Shown here one piece after another: positions 8,966 through 18,519 of a stretch of 35,878 bases of DNA (positions are counted from its first letter, which is position 1; the number at the start of each line of letters is the position of its first letter). This DNA is from a virus. Lineage: Duplodnaviria > Caudoviricetes. A program made the position numbers and the translations under genes. The stretch spans positions 1 to 35,878 of IMG/VR virus record IMGVR_UViG_3300048576_000606; one strand, 5' to 3'. The notes beneath the pieces were generated by a model. The model was not told the DNA's origin. It was given only the letters and a program-made list of their open reading frames with translations, and did no database searches.

Positions 8966-9601
8966 TTACATGACTGTGAAAAACGGTTTTGGCGCTTTAA
9001 CCCCTTTTCCTGTCTGCGGATCAACCAGCGTCAGGCCATCCTCGGTGATCGCAGCGACAATTGCATGAGCAGTGGTTCTAGTAGGCTGGTAGCAGTACAG
9101 CCCAATCGCCGGACCCTGTCCGGAAATGTAGGAGTGCCAAGTGTCGGACTTGTAGCGGCGCTTTGCCCACGCGATGAAGTCGAGCGAGAAGTCCTCGCAG
9201 TCAGATTTTGCATCGTAACCGCCGACCTCGCTAAAATACCACCCGCGCCACTCATTGATAGCGGAGAGCAGCCAGGCCTCGCGCACCACTGCGTAAGAGG
9301 TATCAAGCTTTGCCCCTGGGATGTATGCACTCGCCTGAGCGGCAGTCACTGTCTGCCCGGTCAGCATCTCCTCATCATTGCGTGCGCATCCGGTAAGCGT
9401 ATACAGGGCGAGGATTCCGATGAGCGCGCAAACGAAGAAACCTACCAGCCTGCAATCGAGCACATAAGTGCGCAGATACCAGCGCACGGAGTCAGGCACG
9501 CAGGCGCGCAGATATCCGCGCCCGGAGAATAAGAGTCCGACCAGGTGTTGGCGGATGCAATGCGCATTGAGCGCACGTTGGTCGGAGCGGGAGAGGATCA
9601 T
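8966..9601 (-). CDS. Membrane-anchored/lipoprotein transglutaminase-papain-like cysteine hydrolase
   Basis: Hydrophobic segment ending LTGC; SDCEDFS, TAHAIV and LVDPQTG give a Cys-His-Asp order; ATGA-coupled to upstream gene. Confidence 0.6.
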   Translation of the reverse strand: MILSRSDQRALNAHCIRQHLVGLLFSGRGYLRACVPDSVRWYLRTYVLDCRLVGFFVCALIGILALYTLTGCARNDEEMLTGQTVTAAQASAYIPGAKLDTSYAVVREAWLLSAINEWRGWYFSEVGGYDAKSDCEDFSLDFIAWAKRRYKSDTWHSYISGQGPAIGLYCYQPTRTTAHAIVAAITEDGLTLVDPQTGKGVKAPKPFFTVM

Positions 9602-9864
9602 TTCGCAGCTCCTATTATGGCAGCCTTGATCCGATCACCATCTCCAGCAGTGAGCCCATCGAGCTGGCCGATGACTCGGCCCATGCCTGCGCCGATGAGC
9701 GAAAATCGGCCATCTGCAAAGACGTGAGCGCCGGTCGCGAGTCCGCCTTCGGGGAAGATTTCTGTGCAGTCGAGAGGCTCTGCGAAGGTCACGTCGAAGC
9801 CCTGCGGCTCACTGGGCTCACTCAGGACTTCCAATTCGGATACTGGTGATTTTTCTTCGCTCAT
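9598..9864 (-). CDS. Hypothetical acidic protein (88 aa), possibly fibre-associated
   Basis: ATGA overlaps on both sides (9864/9861 and 9601/9598); start moved to MSEEKSPV. Confidence 0.7.
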   Translation of the reverse strand: MSEEKSPVSELEVLSEPSEPQGFDVTFAEPLDCTEIFPEGGLATGAHVFADGRFSLIGAGMGRVIGQLDGLTAGDGDRIKAAIIGAAK

Positions 9865-12032
9865 GAGAAGAGGAGTTCGTAGGCAATGTCCCACTCGATC
9901 ACATCAGTGGAGTTGGATGCCGCCCAAATGTTGGTGGTGTTTGTGATCTCGCCACCCGGCGCGATGGCGAGCTGCTTCCACGTGGTAGAGAGCGCCACGC
10001 TGGCGACGATCTGAGAGCCGCCTGATACGTTGCCAAGGGTCACGTTTGGCGTGCCTGTCCGGGCTCGAGCGCGCACGCGGACGATGTTTGCCCCGGTATA
10101 GATTATGGCTGCGCCGCAAAGCTGTTGATTTCCGTTTGTCGATGTCTTCGCACGGATATATGCGGTGGTTGCAACTGGCGGAAGCGACGGGGAAACGCCG
10201 GTTATCGGAATGATATAGTGTCTCCCAGCACCGGATACATCCTGTATCTGGAGCCCTACGCTATTCCAGTGTAGGTCCATTTCGGATGTTACGCCAAGCG
10301 CGATAAAGCTGCCGGTATTCCACACCAGTGACGGTGCCACAAACAGCACGTACACGCCTCCTGAGGCACCGGACGGAACCGTAAACTCTACAGTATTCGC
10401 TCCAAGATGGAGAGCCGAAATCGTTACATCCCCGGAAGGAACCGAGACCTTTACCCATCCTACATCCGTGCCGGTTCCGGTAGTGATATTTGCTTGTAGT
10501 CGATACTTCTCCCCGCCCTTGGCGGTATTATATAGCGAAACAACCCCGTAGCTGCCCGAGGTCGATACATTTACAGCACTCGCCGAAACGGTACCGGTCG
10601 TAGTCCCGGAAATCGTAGGGGTTAACGCCACTCCGGCCCCAACGCTCACATACACCCTTGCAGGAAGGTGCCCCGTAGCCACGCACGCAGTGCGTTCGGC
10701 AGCGGTGAGCGTAGTGTTGAGTTCAATAGGCCGGAAGAACCGAGTTCCAACTGGAACTCCTAACCCAAGATCACTCGCCTCACCTGAGTAGTCATAATTG
10801 TTTGCGTCTGTGACTATCCCGCAATCGATACCATCAATTGAATAAGTAACTATCCCGGAGATTTTCCTCGCTCCGACCATACACCATCGCCTAAGCGGCA
10901 GCTTGTCGGTGCTAGTCGAGAGAAGCGTACTCCCATTTTTTCCAACAGCAATATACCCTGCTGGCACAATAACCACCGTTCGGGTGCCAGGCGTATGTGC
11001 AATAGTCAGCTGTGCATTCCCGGTCGGATACGCAGAAAGATATAGCCAAACGAGGTATTCCCAGTCGTATGTTTCCTGGGCGAAAACTACCCCTCGCAGG
11101 GTTCCACCACCAAATTCGACTGCCGGTATACTTGTGCGCGCCGAAACGCGGGATTGGATACCAGCTGCATCGACAGAGGCCGCCGAAGCGGCAGCTTCGG
11201 AGGCTTTGGTGGTAGATATTCCGGCCTGGGTCGTCGACACACCAGCTTGCGTCTGCGCTATCGCTGATGCGCTCGCGGCGGCCAATTTATCCGCTGCTAC
11301 GGTTTCCTTGTCGGCCGCCACCGTGGCTTTATCCGACGCAACTTGGTCAGCCAAAGTCTGGACTGTAGCTTTATCGCCGGCGACAGTGAGCTTATCTGCA
11401 GCCACAGCCACTCGGTCTGATGCAGTGGCCTGGGCATCGGCGTCAGCGGATGCCTTGAAAGCCTGTACGGTTTCCTTGTCCGCTGATACCGCCTGACGAT
11501 CTGAAGCCGTGGCTTGGGCGGCGGCGAAGCAAGAGACTGCACTCTCGGAGGCGAGTTGCTGCGACTCGGAGGCTGCAGTAGGCGGCTCATCGCCCTCCAT
11601 GTTCACCTCGCATTGGAGGTAGAAATAGGTCTGGGCAAGCGTTTGCACCTCGGTCCCATCCGCATTCGATACCTCGACTTCGAAATAAACACGGGTAGAT
11701 CTCGAGGTCTCGGGAAGCGAGTCAATCAGCGCAACAATTTCGCTCGTATTCAGGCTGAGCGTACAACTCGCTACGGCACCATCCAGGGTATAGCCTTCGC
11801 TCTGCGCGAGCAGCACTCCCATGCTTGTATTCGCGCGCAAACCCAGCTTCACCGTCTTCCCGTTCGCGAGCAGCGACGCGGTGACATCCTCATCGGATGC
11901 CGTGAATACCACTTCGCACTGCATTATATCCCGCGCAGTCAGGATATTTCCAATAGATGTAGATACGAGCTTACCTGCATAGTAGCGGGTAACAACCCCT
12001 GTTGTGATCTCGACTGAGAAGCGAGTCTTCAT
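9861..12032 (-). CDS. Tail fibre / receptor-binding protein (N-terminal attachment domain, Ala-rich stalk, LamG-like and beta-rich C-terminus)
   Basis: 723 aa; repeats such as ATASDRQAVSADKETVQ; LPLRRWCMVGARKISGIVTYSIDG resembles LamG/ConA strands; Thr/Ser/Gly-rich C-terminus. Confidence 0.7.
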   Translation of the reverse strand: MKTRFSVEITTGVVTRYYAGKLVSTSIGNILTARDIMQCEVVFTASDEDVTASLLANGKTVKLGLRANTSMGVLLAQSEGYTLDGAVASCTLSLNTSEIVALIDSLPETSRSTRVYFEVEVSNADGTEVQTLAQTYFYLQCEVNMEGDEPPTAASESQQLASESAVSCFAAAQATASDRQAVSADKETVQAFKASADADAQATASDRVAVAADKLTVAGDKATVQTLADQVASDKATVAADKETVAADKLAAASASAIAQTQAGVSTTQAGISTTKASEAAASAASVDAAGIQSRVSARTSIPAVEFGGGTLRGVVFAQETYDWEYLVWLYLSAYPTGNAQLTIAHTPGTRTVVIVPAGYIAVGKNGSTLLSTSTDKLPLRRWCMVGARKISGIVTYSIDGIDCGIVTDANNYDYSGEASDLGLGVPVGTRFFRPIELNTTLTAAERTACVATGHLPARVYVSVGAGVALTPTISGTTTGTVSASAVNVSTSGSYGVVSLYNTAKGGEKYRLQANITTGTGTDVGWVKVSVPSGDVTISALHLGANTVEFTVPSGASGGVYVLFVAPSLVWNTGSFIALGVTSEMDLHWNSVGLQIQDVSGAGRHYIIPITGVSPSLPPVATTAYIRAKTSTNGNQQLCGAAIIYTGANIVRVRARARTGTPNVTLGNVSGGSQIVASVALSTTWKQLAIAPGGEITNTTNIWAASNSTDVIEWDIAYELLFS

Positions 12033-12053
12033 GGGTCAGAGTCAGGGCCAGAG

Positions 12054-12578
12054 TCAGGCGGAGACTCCGAGGAGGGTGCCCGTGTTGAGTGGCGAGTAGA
12101 GGAGGTTGAACACTAGCGGAGGCTGCGGGCCCTTGTCGCCGCTCGTAACATTGCCATCGAGCTTGATGCGCGTGTAGGCCTCCAGAGAGACGATCTTCCC
12201 GGCGTCGGTCTCGAGCTCGAGCTTCAGCCAGCCTTTAATCGCCTTCTTGCGACTCAACGGCCGGAAGGTGTGGGCCGTCGTACCTGTCGGAATATCATGG
12301 CCGAAGACGAGCGCGTTGACCAGGTCGCTGTACTCTTCGAGTTTCAACTTCACATCGAGCTTCCGCTTCGACTCGATGACGTCGTAGAGCTCGATGCCGC
12401 CTCCGACGTTTTTGTAAATCTCGCGCTCCGTGCCGATCGAGGGAGTGAGCTCCGAGCCTTCGGCCGTGGGGCCGAGGTCGGCGTAGGCTTCAGTGGCGGG
12501 CTTGGCGGCGCGAGTGATGGTGGCGCTTTCCGGGACGAAAAACGCATTGGTGCCTGGGATGATTGCTTGTGGGATCAT
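12054..12578 (-). CDS. Probable major tail tube protein
   Basis: 174 aa, YADLG motif, beta-strand pattern, strongly biased codon usage, near tail terminator. Confidence 0.65.
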   Translation of the reverse strand: MIPQAIIPGTNAFFVPESATITRAAKPATEAYADLGPTAEGSELTPSIGTEREIYKNVGGGIELYDVIESKRKLDVKLKLEEYSDLVNALVFGHDIPTGTTAHTFRPLSRKKAIKGWLKLELETDAGKIVSLEAYTRIKLDGNVTSGDKGPQPPLVFNLLYSPLNTGTLLGVSA

Positions 12579-12596
12579 GGTGGGTTTGGGTGGAAA

Positions 12597-12824
12597 TTAC
12601 TCCGCATTCTTCTTCGCGTTTTCCAGCTCAAGGGCATGCACGCGATCGTCGATCCGAGTGATCATGGTACGGATGTCATGCATCTCGGAGCCATTGCTCC
12701 TCAGCTGCTCAGCGAGCTTCGCGAGAAGCTCTCCATTATCGATGGTCTTGCGGGCTACATAGGCGAGGACTGGCAGCGCGATCGCCTGGAGGATTCCGAC
12801 AAGGATGACGATTTCTGTGGTCAT
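12597..12824 (-). CDS. Single-TM plus coiled-coil protein (holin/XhlA-like candidate)
   Basis: N-terminal hydrophobic helix IVILVGILQAIALPVLAYVA, then coiled coil ending RIDDRVHALE. Confidence 0.55.
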   Translation of the reverse strand: MTTEIVILVGILQAIALPVLAYVARKTIDNGELLAKLAEQLRSNGSEMHDIRTMITRIDDRVHALELENAKKNAE

Positions 12825-13276
12825 TCGATGGGGGTCTGAATGTTGACAGTGAAACGAACAGAATTGGTGAGGATACCGTCGTCTGGGACGATGCCCGAGA
12901 GATCCTGTGCCGGCTGAATGCCTTGCGGGTTGTTACAATCGCATCCTCTGCCGACGATAGCCCCTATGATGGCGTCGACCCCCTCATCGGGGTCGATCAT
13001 TGCCACCTTTGGGTTCACCGCAGGATTCAGGCGAAGGAACACAGAGAAGCTCGCGATGCTGGATACAAGTTGGCCGCCTTTGTTTGCGATCAGCTCTCTG
13101 GATAGTAGTGGGGTGACTGCGAGCACGGCGCCCTTGGTCCGCAGCTCTGCCTCCTGCTGCTTCTCGAGCTCATCATCTCCAGGCACATTGTAGATAGCCT
13201 TAATCTGTTTGGCGGCGAACAGCGCATGCGACTCAAGAGAGGCACATACCAGGGTTTTGACGTCGGAGGATTTCAT
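12821..13276 (-). CDS. Probable tail terminator/completion protein
   Basis: 151 aa, position after neck genes, ATGA coupling. Confidence 0.55.
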   Translation of the reverse strand: MKSSDVKTLVCASLESHALFAAKQIKAIYNVPGDDELEKQQEAELRTKGAVLAVTPLLSRELIANKGGQLVSSIASFSVFLRLNPAVNPKVAMIDPDEGVDAIIGAIVGRGCDCNNPQGIQPAQDLSGIVPDDGILTNSVRFTVNIQTPIE

Positions 13277-13974
13277 ATCGCGTGGTCCCCCAGCCCGAAT
13301 GCGCGGGCAACGTCATCCCAGTCATCTCCCAGCTTGCGGGAGAGATAGACTTCGGTATCCAGAGAAACGGCACGGATTGCTTCAAGGACGATACCAGTGC
13401 GGTCTCCTACCGCCGCGAGACCTGAGGTGAACCCCTCGATCTGAGCGCTGTCATCATTGAGTGTGACACGCGACATCAGCTTACCCGAGCGCGACTCCTG
13501 AGTGTACACTTCTGAAACTAGATCCAGCCTGGTCTTGTTATCGCTGAGCACGCGCTGACCTCCGCTGCGACTCCATCTTTTAAGTAGAAACGAAGCTGCG
13601 AGAACTCCAATGCCCGACTGGCGACCGCTGAGCTCACGCCAGACCTTGAGTTGGTAGCTGCTGAGCTTGCGGCCGCGACGATCGACGACTGGACCTGTGC
13701 CCTCCGCACTGCCGCGCAACTTGCGGAGGATTATGCCTTCGCCCTGGCGGGCGCGGCGCCGCATCTCCGAGAAGGCTACGCCGCGGCTTTGCATGGCGCC
13801 TTTGCTGGATCCGCGCCACCGGGCAGCACGATAGCCCTGGTATAGTTTGATGCGAAGATCGTATGCCTTCTTGCGCAAGAGCTCGGCCAGCGACAAGCGC
13901 CCCACCGACATGTAGACGGTAAGCGCCTTTGATAGGCGCTTTAGCTCTTTTTCGCCTGAGATATATTGGCTCAC
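13273..13974 (-). CDS. Basic neck/tail-completion protein
   Basis: Arg/Lys-rich 233 aa starting ISGEKELKRLSKAL; synteny after head-closure gene. Confidence 0.55.
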   Translation of the reverse strand: MSQYISGEKELKRLSKALTVYMSVGRLSLAELLRKKAYDLRIKLYQGYRAARWRGSSKGAMQSRGVAFSEMRRRARQGEGIILRKLRGSAEGTGPVVDRRGRKLSSYQLKVWRELSGRQSGIGVLAASFLLKRWSRSGGQRVLSDNKTRLDLVSEVYTQESRSGKLMSRVTLNDDSAQIEGFTSGLAAVGDRTGIVLEAIRAVSLDTEVYLSRKLGDDWDDVARAFGLGDHAI

Positions 13975-14291
13975 TGATCGAGGCAGATAAAGGTGAGATT
14001 GGGCCAGGCAGCGTAAATGGACACTGGCTCGATGATGCGGAAGCGCTTCGAGGCTCCATCCTTGAGATAGTCACCCTTGGTCGGAAGGCGGCCGATAAAT
14101 TGGGAGACGGGCGCTTGAATTGTAACCCGCTTTTTGAAGCCATCTCCCGGCTGATTATCCTCGACACCGGTCGCCGGCACAAGGAAGGCCTTGATGGCCG
14201 TCGATGAGCCATCTGAATATTCCGCGATGAAATCAGCGCCGCCGTGCCGGGCGATGCTATCCATCTGCTTGCTCATGGCGACGCGGTCCAT
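13971..14291 (-). CDS. Head-closure / head-tail joining protein (FII-like)
   Basis: 106 aa with PTKGDYL...RFRI beta-barrel-type motif; synteny. Confidence 0.6.
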   Translation of the reverse strand: MDRVAMSKQMDSIARHGGADFIAEYSDGSSTAIKAFLVPATGVEDNQPGDGFKKRVTIQAPVSQFIGRLPTKGDYLKDGASKRFRIIEPVSIYAAWPNLTFICLDQ

Positions 14292-14461
14292 TACTTGGCT
14301 TTCTTTTCGACGGCCTGCTTGGCCTTCAATTCTTCCATACTCGTGGCCAAGGTATCGCGCTCTTCGAGGAGTTCCCTGACCTCAATGTGTGTGCGTGCGA
14401 GATCGCGTATTCGGAGGTCTCGGGCCTTATCGCGCTGCAGTTTGGATATTTTTCGGTCCAT
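14291..14461 (-). CDS. 56-aa basic coiled-coil protein; not in ORF track
   Basis: MDRKISKLQRDKARDLRIRDLARTHIEVRELLEERDTLATSMEELKAKQAVEKKAK; AAAGGAG upstream; TAATG overlap with next gene. Confidence 0.75.
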   Translation of the reverse strand: MDRKISKLQRDKARDLRIRDLARTHIEVRELLEERDTLATSMEELKAKQAVEKKAK

Positions 14462-14481
14462 ATATTGCTCCTTTGAAATTT

Positions 14482-14514
14482 GCCCGAGGCGGGCCGATGA
14501 CTCCCGCCCCGGGC
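14482..14514 (-). terminator. GC-rich hairpin after the capsid gene (leaky terminator or mRNA stabiliser)
   Basis: Minus strand GCCCGGGGCGGG-N9-CCCGCCTCGGGC, 12 bp with one G-U; only a weak AAATTTC tail. Confidence 0.55.
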
Positions 14515-14544
14515 GTTCTGATGCGTATCCGCGAGGGGAATATG

Positions 14545-15564
14545 TTAGCCGTTGGTGCGGATCTGGACCATGCCGACAGCCTCGACATCCTTGATGCCGA
14601 GAGCCCAGTTGGATTCGGTCGAGAGTTCCACGTCAGAAGCACTCTCGCCTGCGGGAGTGCCGATCCACTTCGCGCCATTCGGGTGAAGAATAAAGCGGGT
14701 GCGATCGTACAGCGTGAGATTGTTCTTGGCAGCATCGCCGTCCATGACCAGCGATGCGGTATCTCCAATCTGATTCGACTGAGCCTTGTCGCCTGTGGCG
14801 ACAGTGCCAGGGGCCATGAGGTAGGTCGTGTACACCTTGCCGTTCGTCGCGCCGGAGCGGACGAGCAGGTTCGAGGTAAAGAGCCTCATGCCCTTGTATA
14901 CCTTCATGACCAGCTTACCCTGCGAGTCATAGACCATCTGGATCTTGTCCTGCTTATTCAGAGCAGCCTCAATATCGGTGTGACAGGCCATGCAGCCGCC
15001 GTTTTCGAGGAGCCCCTTCAATTCGCCCAAGCCTGCCGCAGCGTCGATGATCAGATCGGAATCAATGAGCTGATCGGAGGTGGCGCCATCTCCGCTCTCA
15101 TCGAAGTGGTCATTACGCAGAGGCGCGAACGCACCGGCAGCAGTCGTACCGAAAAGACCGGCAAGAATCGCCAGGAGGATGCACTGACGGTCATAATTGC
15201 GATCGTCGGCGACCATACTGGAGATAAAGCCGACAGGGTCCTGGGAGCCCCGGGAGCGGGCCAGGGCCGTGCTTCCGTGCGTGAGCACGCGTTCCAGCAT
15301 CGGAGCGATCTGCTGGTAGGTGCCGATCTTGTTTACGGCAGGCGCGGTACTTTCCTTCTGAATCTCCGAACGGGTGCGAGATGGGCCGAAGGAGTCCAGC
15401 TTCACCGTGCTGCCGGCGCCAGAGGCAAAGGCGTCATAGGCCGGAGAGCGAAGGACGATTGGGGAGGTTATCAGCGAAGAGCCGAGCTTGGAGCGCTGCG
15501 CGACAGCGGGCGTCGAGATCTCGGGCACGAATACGTCGCCGATGGAGGTGTATTGATCAGGCAT
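14545..15564 (-). CDS. Major capsid protein (HK97 fold)
   Basis: 339 aa after protease/scaffold; DVFVPE N-terminus, RTRFILHPNGAKW...ELSTESNW C-terminus typical of phage coat proteins. Confidence 0.88.
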   Translation of the reverse strand: MPDQYTSIGDVFVPEISTPAVAQRSKLGSSLITSPIVLRSPAYDAFASGAGSTVKLDSFGPSRTRSEIQKESTAPAVNKIGTYQQIAPMLERVLTHGSTALARSRGSQDPVGFISSMVADDRNYDRQCILLAILAGLFGTTAAGAFAPLRNDHFDESGDGATSDQLIDSDLIIDAAAGLGELKGLLENGGCMACHTDIEAALNKQDKIQMVYDSQGKLVMKVYKGMRLFTSNLLVRSGATNGKVYTTYLMAPGTVATGDKAQSNQIGDTASLVMDGDAAKNNLTLYDRTRFILHPNGAKWIGTPAGESASDVELSTESNWALGIKDVEAVGMVQIRTNG

Positions 15565-15615
15565 GGTAGGATGCGATTTGGTTTACTGAGGTGAGAGGAT
15601 GCCGACTGAGTCCGG

Positions 15616-16725
15616 TTATTTTATGCCGGCGGCGGCCTTGAGTGCCTTCGCGCGTGCAGGATCGGCCTTGAGGATGCAGGCCTGCTCCGTGAGGTTTTCG
15701 GCACCCTGTTTCCAGGGATTTACCTCTGTGCCCGTTGCGCCTTCGGACGCGGCTCCGAGATTGATCTGGCCAGAGTAACCGCTCTTTCCGAGTCCCTCGA
15801 TCTTGGTCTTGAGATCGTCACGCTCCTTGGTGATCGTGCCAAGCTGAGTCTTGAGATCGTCACGCTCCTTGGTAAGCGTGCCCATCTGAGTATTGAGGTC
15901 GGTGAGTTCCTGTGCGGCCAGCTGGGACTCGATGGAGGAAAGTGTCACACTCTCCGGATTGTCGGCCTTTGCGAGGATCCCGAGGGCCTTCTGGACCTTT
16001 GCGGGTTCCGCGGAAAAGCGGGTTTTAATTTCCTTGATGATGCTCATGGTAGAATCTGTGTCTCCCTTATGGGCGAGCGGGTGTAATGCGGTTTGGTCCT
16101 GTCCCCTCTGTTTGCCGCCAAACCAGCGCTTGAATGCGGCGAAGAGACCATCCGTCGCTGCGCCGTCTGAGACGAAAGCCGCGGCGAATGCCTCGGTGAT
16201 GCGCAGGGTCGGCAGTCCCTCATTCAGCAGTTCGACGTCCTTGGGACGCTCAGAGAACTCCGTGCCATCCTGCGCGACGAAAACGGCATACCCCCAGATC
16301 TCGACAGAGAGCGCGATGAGATCTGGAGTGCGCTCTGCGATTTCCATGAGAAGGCGGTAATCGTCTTGGTTCGATTCCTTGTAGGCGTCGAAAAAGGCGA
16401 AGCTCTTCGCCACGGCGGTGCCATTCACATCGGCGATTCCCTCGAAGTATCCGATGATGGCCAGCTCTCCGTCCTGCTCTGTCCATGACCAAGAGCCGGT
16501 GGTAGGCCCATCGTGCTTATGCGTAGCGTAAGCTTTGAGCCGCCCCCCGCGCGCTTTTACCGCAGCGACAAATGTCTCTACAGTCTTCTTATCGATGTAG
16601 AGACCGTGCCCTTTGGCTTCACGACCGGAGCACATCAGCTCGAGGTCAGACATGGTGCCAGCCTGGCGATCGGTTTTGAATGCCTGCGGCGTAGCCGCGA
16701 ATTGGATTTTCTTTGATTCGTTCAT
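15616..16725 (-). CDS. Prohead protease-scaffold fusion; probable internal scaffold start at 16047
   Basis: GREAKGHG, ATHKH and IALSVE motifs in the N-half; coiled-coil C-half from MSIIKEIK; between portal and capsid. Confidence 0.8.
   Translation of the reverse strand: MNESKKIQFAATPQAFKTDRQAGTMSDLELMCSGREAKGHGLYIDKKTVETFVAAVKARGGRLKAYATHKHDGPTTGSWSWTEQDGELAIIGYFEGIADVNGTAVAKSFAFFDAYKESNQDDYRLLMEIAERTPDLIALSVEIWGYAVFVAQDGTEFSERPKDVELLNEGLPTLRITEAFAAAFVSDGAATDGLFAAFKRWFGGKQRGQDQTALHPLAHKGDTDSTMSIIKEIKTRFSAEPAKVQKALGILAKADNPESVTLSSIESQLAAQELTDLNTQMGTLTKERDDLKTQLGTITKERDDLKTKIEGLGKSGYSGQINLGAASEGATGTEVNPWKQGAENLTEQACILKADPARAKALKAAAGIK
15806..15873. repeat. 26-nt direct repeat, period 42 nt (TKERDDLKT twice) in the scaffold coiled coil
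   Basis: gtcttgagatcgtcacgctccttggt at 15806-15831 and 15848-15873. Confidence 0.9.
16068..16094 (-). promoter_or_regulatory. 27-bp late-gene regulatory motif, copy 2 (inside protease gene, 20 nt before internal ATG 16047)
   Basis: Exact match to 18520-18546: AAACCGCATTACACCCGCTCGCCCATA on the minus strand. Confidence 0.7.
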
Positions 16726-18248
16726 TTAGTGACGGGGTCGGTGGAATTATCGGGACTCGGGTCGGAGCCTTGCTGGGTTGTCTGCGCGGCGCCCTGCACC
16801 TGTTCGCCAGGCAGCCGGCCGCGGTACAGGAATTCGACGGGGACGATGACAGCATCATTCCCCTCGCCCTCTTTCAGGAGTCCGGCTGCCTCCTGGAGCT
16901 TGATCCAGAGTTCACGGCGTGCGGCGAATACCTCTTCCGCATACAATCCCTTCTCCTCCCAGATATCCGCCAGTGAGTTCTCGCCTGAATCGAGGCGGAT
17001 CTTGTTGCTTCGCGCTTCCTTCTCGGGATCCAGCACTGAGGTCTGGCGCCACGCCCATTCGATCATGTCATGATCGTAGCCTGCGGGCAGGTTGCCGAGG
17101 AGCGTCTCACGCTCGCTCTGCCAGCGCTGCAGCTTATCGAGGCACTTCTCCTGCTTGAATGCTATCACATGCCGGCGCCGCGAGTTCCACTGCACGCCGA
17201 GTCCCTTGAAGCCGGAATAGTTTACATCGCCCAACCCCGAAAACCACAGCTCGACCGGGAGCCCAACCGGAGATGATACAGCATGGAGCATGATCATGAT
17301 CAGCTCCTTGTAGTCGCTCGCATCGTACTCCGACTTTAGCAGCGTGATCTTCTCTCCAGGGTTGAGAGATACAAATGTGCCGGGTCGCAGCTCGACCACT
17401 ACAGGATCCTTTTCCGCCGCATCGGCAGCATCATCGCCACCCTCAGGTCCTACGTCATCCGTCAGGCCAGGCAGGATTTCTTTGCCGCCGCGTTCTGACT
17501 CAATGAATCCAGATATGCTGTTTGCATCCTTTATCTGCTTGGTCTTGGAGCGGGTTATCTCATGCAGATCATGCGCAGGTTTCAGTGAGGCCAACAGCCA
17601 AGGGAGTCCACGGCCCATCAGGACGCGATTCTTGTGGAATATGTGGAGGACGTACTCTGCAGATACCAAGGTGCCCTGTTCGTACGAGATCCCTCCTCCT
17701 GGAAGCGTTTTTCCGAAGCGATAGGAGACAGGGTTCCCAATATCGTTGTACACGACACCATTGACTTCTCCACCAGTCAGTGAGCCGGAGACTTGTTGAG
17801 CAGCCGCAGATCCGCAAAATTCACTTGGGATCAGCTGCACCTGTCCATTCGCCAGCTTCACTATGAAAATCTCTCCGGCAACGAGCAGCTCCAGATCGAT
17901 GAGTTCCTCGACCGAACGCAATGAATCGCCGGAAGGGGTGATACTGCGCGACCATCTCCACCAGCGGGCATCCTTGAGTGCGTTGTACTTTTTATCCGGA
18001 GTCCGGCTGCGCATGTTGCTCGCTCCGATCGCCTCGGGGTACTTCAGAAATAGGCCCTGCAGGTATGGATTATTTCGTACCTCGCGACGAAGGCGTCCCA
18101 AGGCAATGAGTCGAGTGCATGACGAAAACCAGTAGTCTTCCGGGCAAGTGCTGAGGAACGAGCCATAGTCGCTCTCCTTTGTGGTTGCCGCGGCATCATA
18201 GTATGCGCTGAGCCGTACAGTCTTGGCTGGCTGTTCGATGGTCGCCAT
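16722..18248 (-). CDS. Portal protein, lambda family
   Basis: RREVRNNPY, LLVAGEIF, GRGLPWL, GDVNYSG, LDPEKE motifs; start moved to MATIEQ just after the gpW-like stop. Confidence 0.92.
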   Translation of the reverse strand: MATIEQPAKTVRLSAYYDAAATTKESDYGSFLSTCPEDYWFSSCTRLIALGRLRREVRNNPYLQGLFLKYPEAIGASNMRSRTPDKKYNALKDARWWRWSRSITPSGDSLRSVEELIDLELLVAGEIFIVKLANGQVQLIPSEFCGSAAAQQVSGSLTGGEVNGVVYNDIGNPVSYRFGKTLPGGGISYEQGTLVSAEYVLHIFHKNRVLMGRGLPWLLASLKPAHDLHEITRSKTKQIKDANSISGFIESERGGKEILPGLTDDVGPEGGDDAADAAEKDPVVVELRPGTFVSLNPGEKITLLKSEYDASDYKELIMIMLHAVSSPVGLPVELWFSGLGDVNYSGFKGLGVQWNSRRRHVIAFKQEKCLDKLQRWQSERETLLGNLPAGYDHDMIEWAWRQTSVLDPEKEARSNKIRLDSGENSLADIWEEKGLYAEEVFAARRELWIKLQEAAGLLKEGEGNDAVIVPVEFLYRGRLPGEQVQGAAQTTQQGSDPSPDNSTDPVTK

Positions 18249-18250
18249 GG

Positions 18251-18514
18251 TCAGTCCATCCTCGTTTGCGCTCGCACCGCCTGGCTCTGGCATTTGCCGC
18301 CAAGTCGTGCCTCCAGTACGCGGATATCGCGCATGAGCTCGCGCTCGCGATCACGGGCGCGCTCGTAGGAGATCTCAGTGACAGTTGTTCCGCCTGTCGT
18401 CCAGGCGGCGCCGTTATTCTCATGCCTTGCGATGGTGCCACGCACGCGCGTTAGCGTGGTGCGCAACCTGGTCAGCCTCTCATCGATGGTTTCTCCGCCG
18501 TACTCCGTAGGCAT
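18251..18514 (-). CDS. gpW-like head-to-tail joining protein
   Basis: 87 aa helix-hairpin-helix pattern (GAAWTTGGTTVTEIS) directly before the lambda-type portal. Confidence 0.7.
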   Translation of the reverse strand: MPTEYGGETIDERLTRLRTTLTRVRGTIARHENNGAAWTTGGTTVTEISYERARDRERELMRDIRVLEARLGGKCQSQAVRAQTRMD

Positions 18515-18519
18515 ACACC

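Noticed and set aside
8753-9532. 259-aa plus-strand ORF
   Set aside because: Antisense to three coupled minus-strand genes with better protein features
14389-15594. 401-aa plus-strand ORF
   Set aside because: Antisense shadow of the codon-biased capsid gene; no motifs
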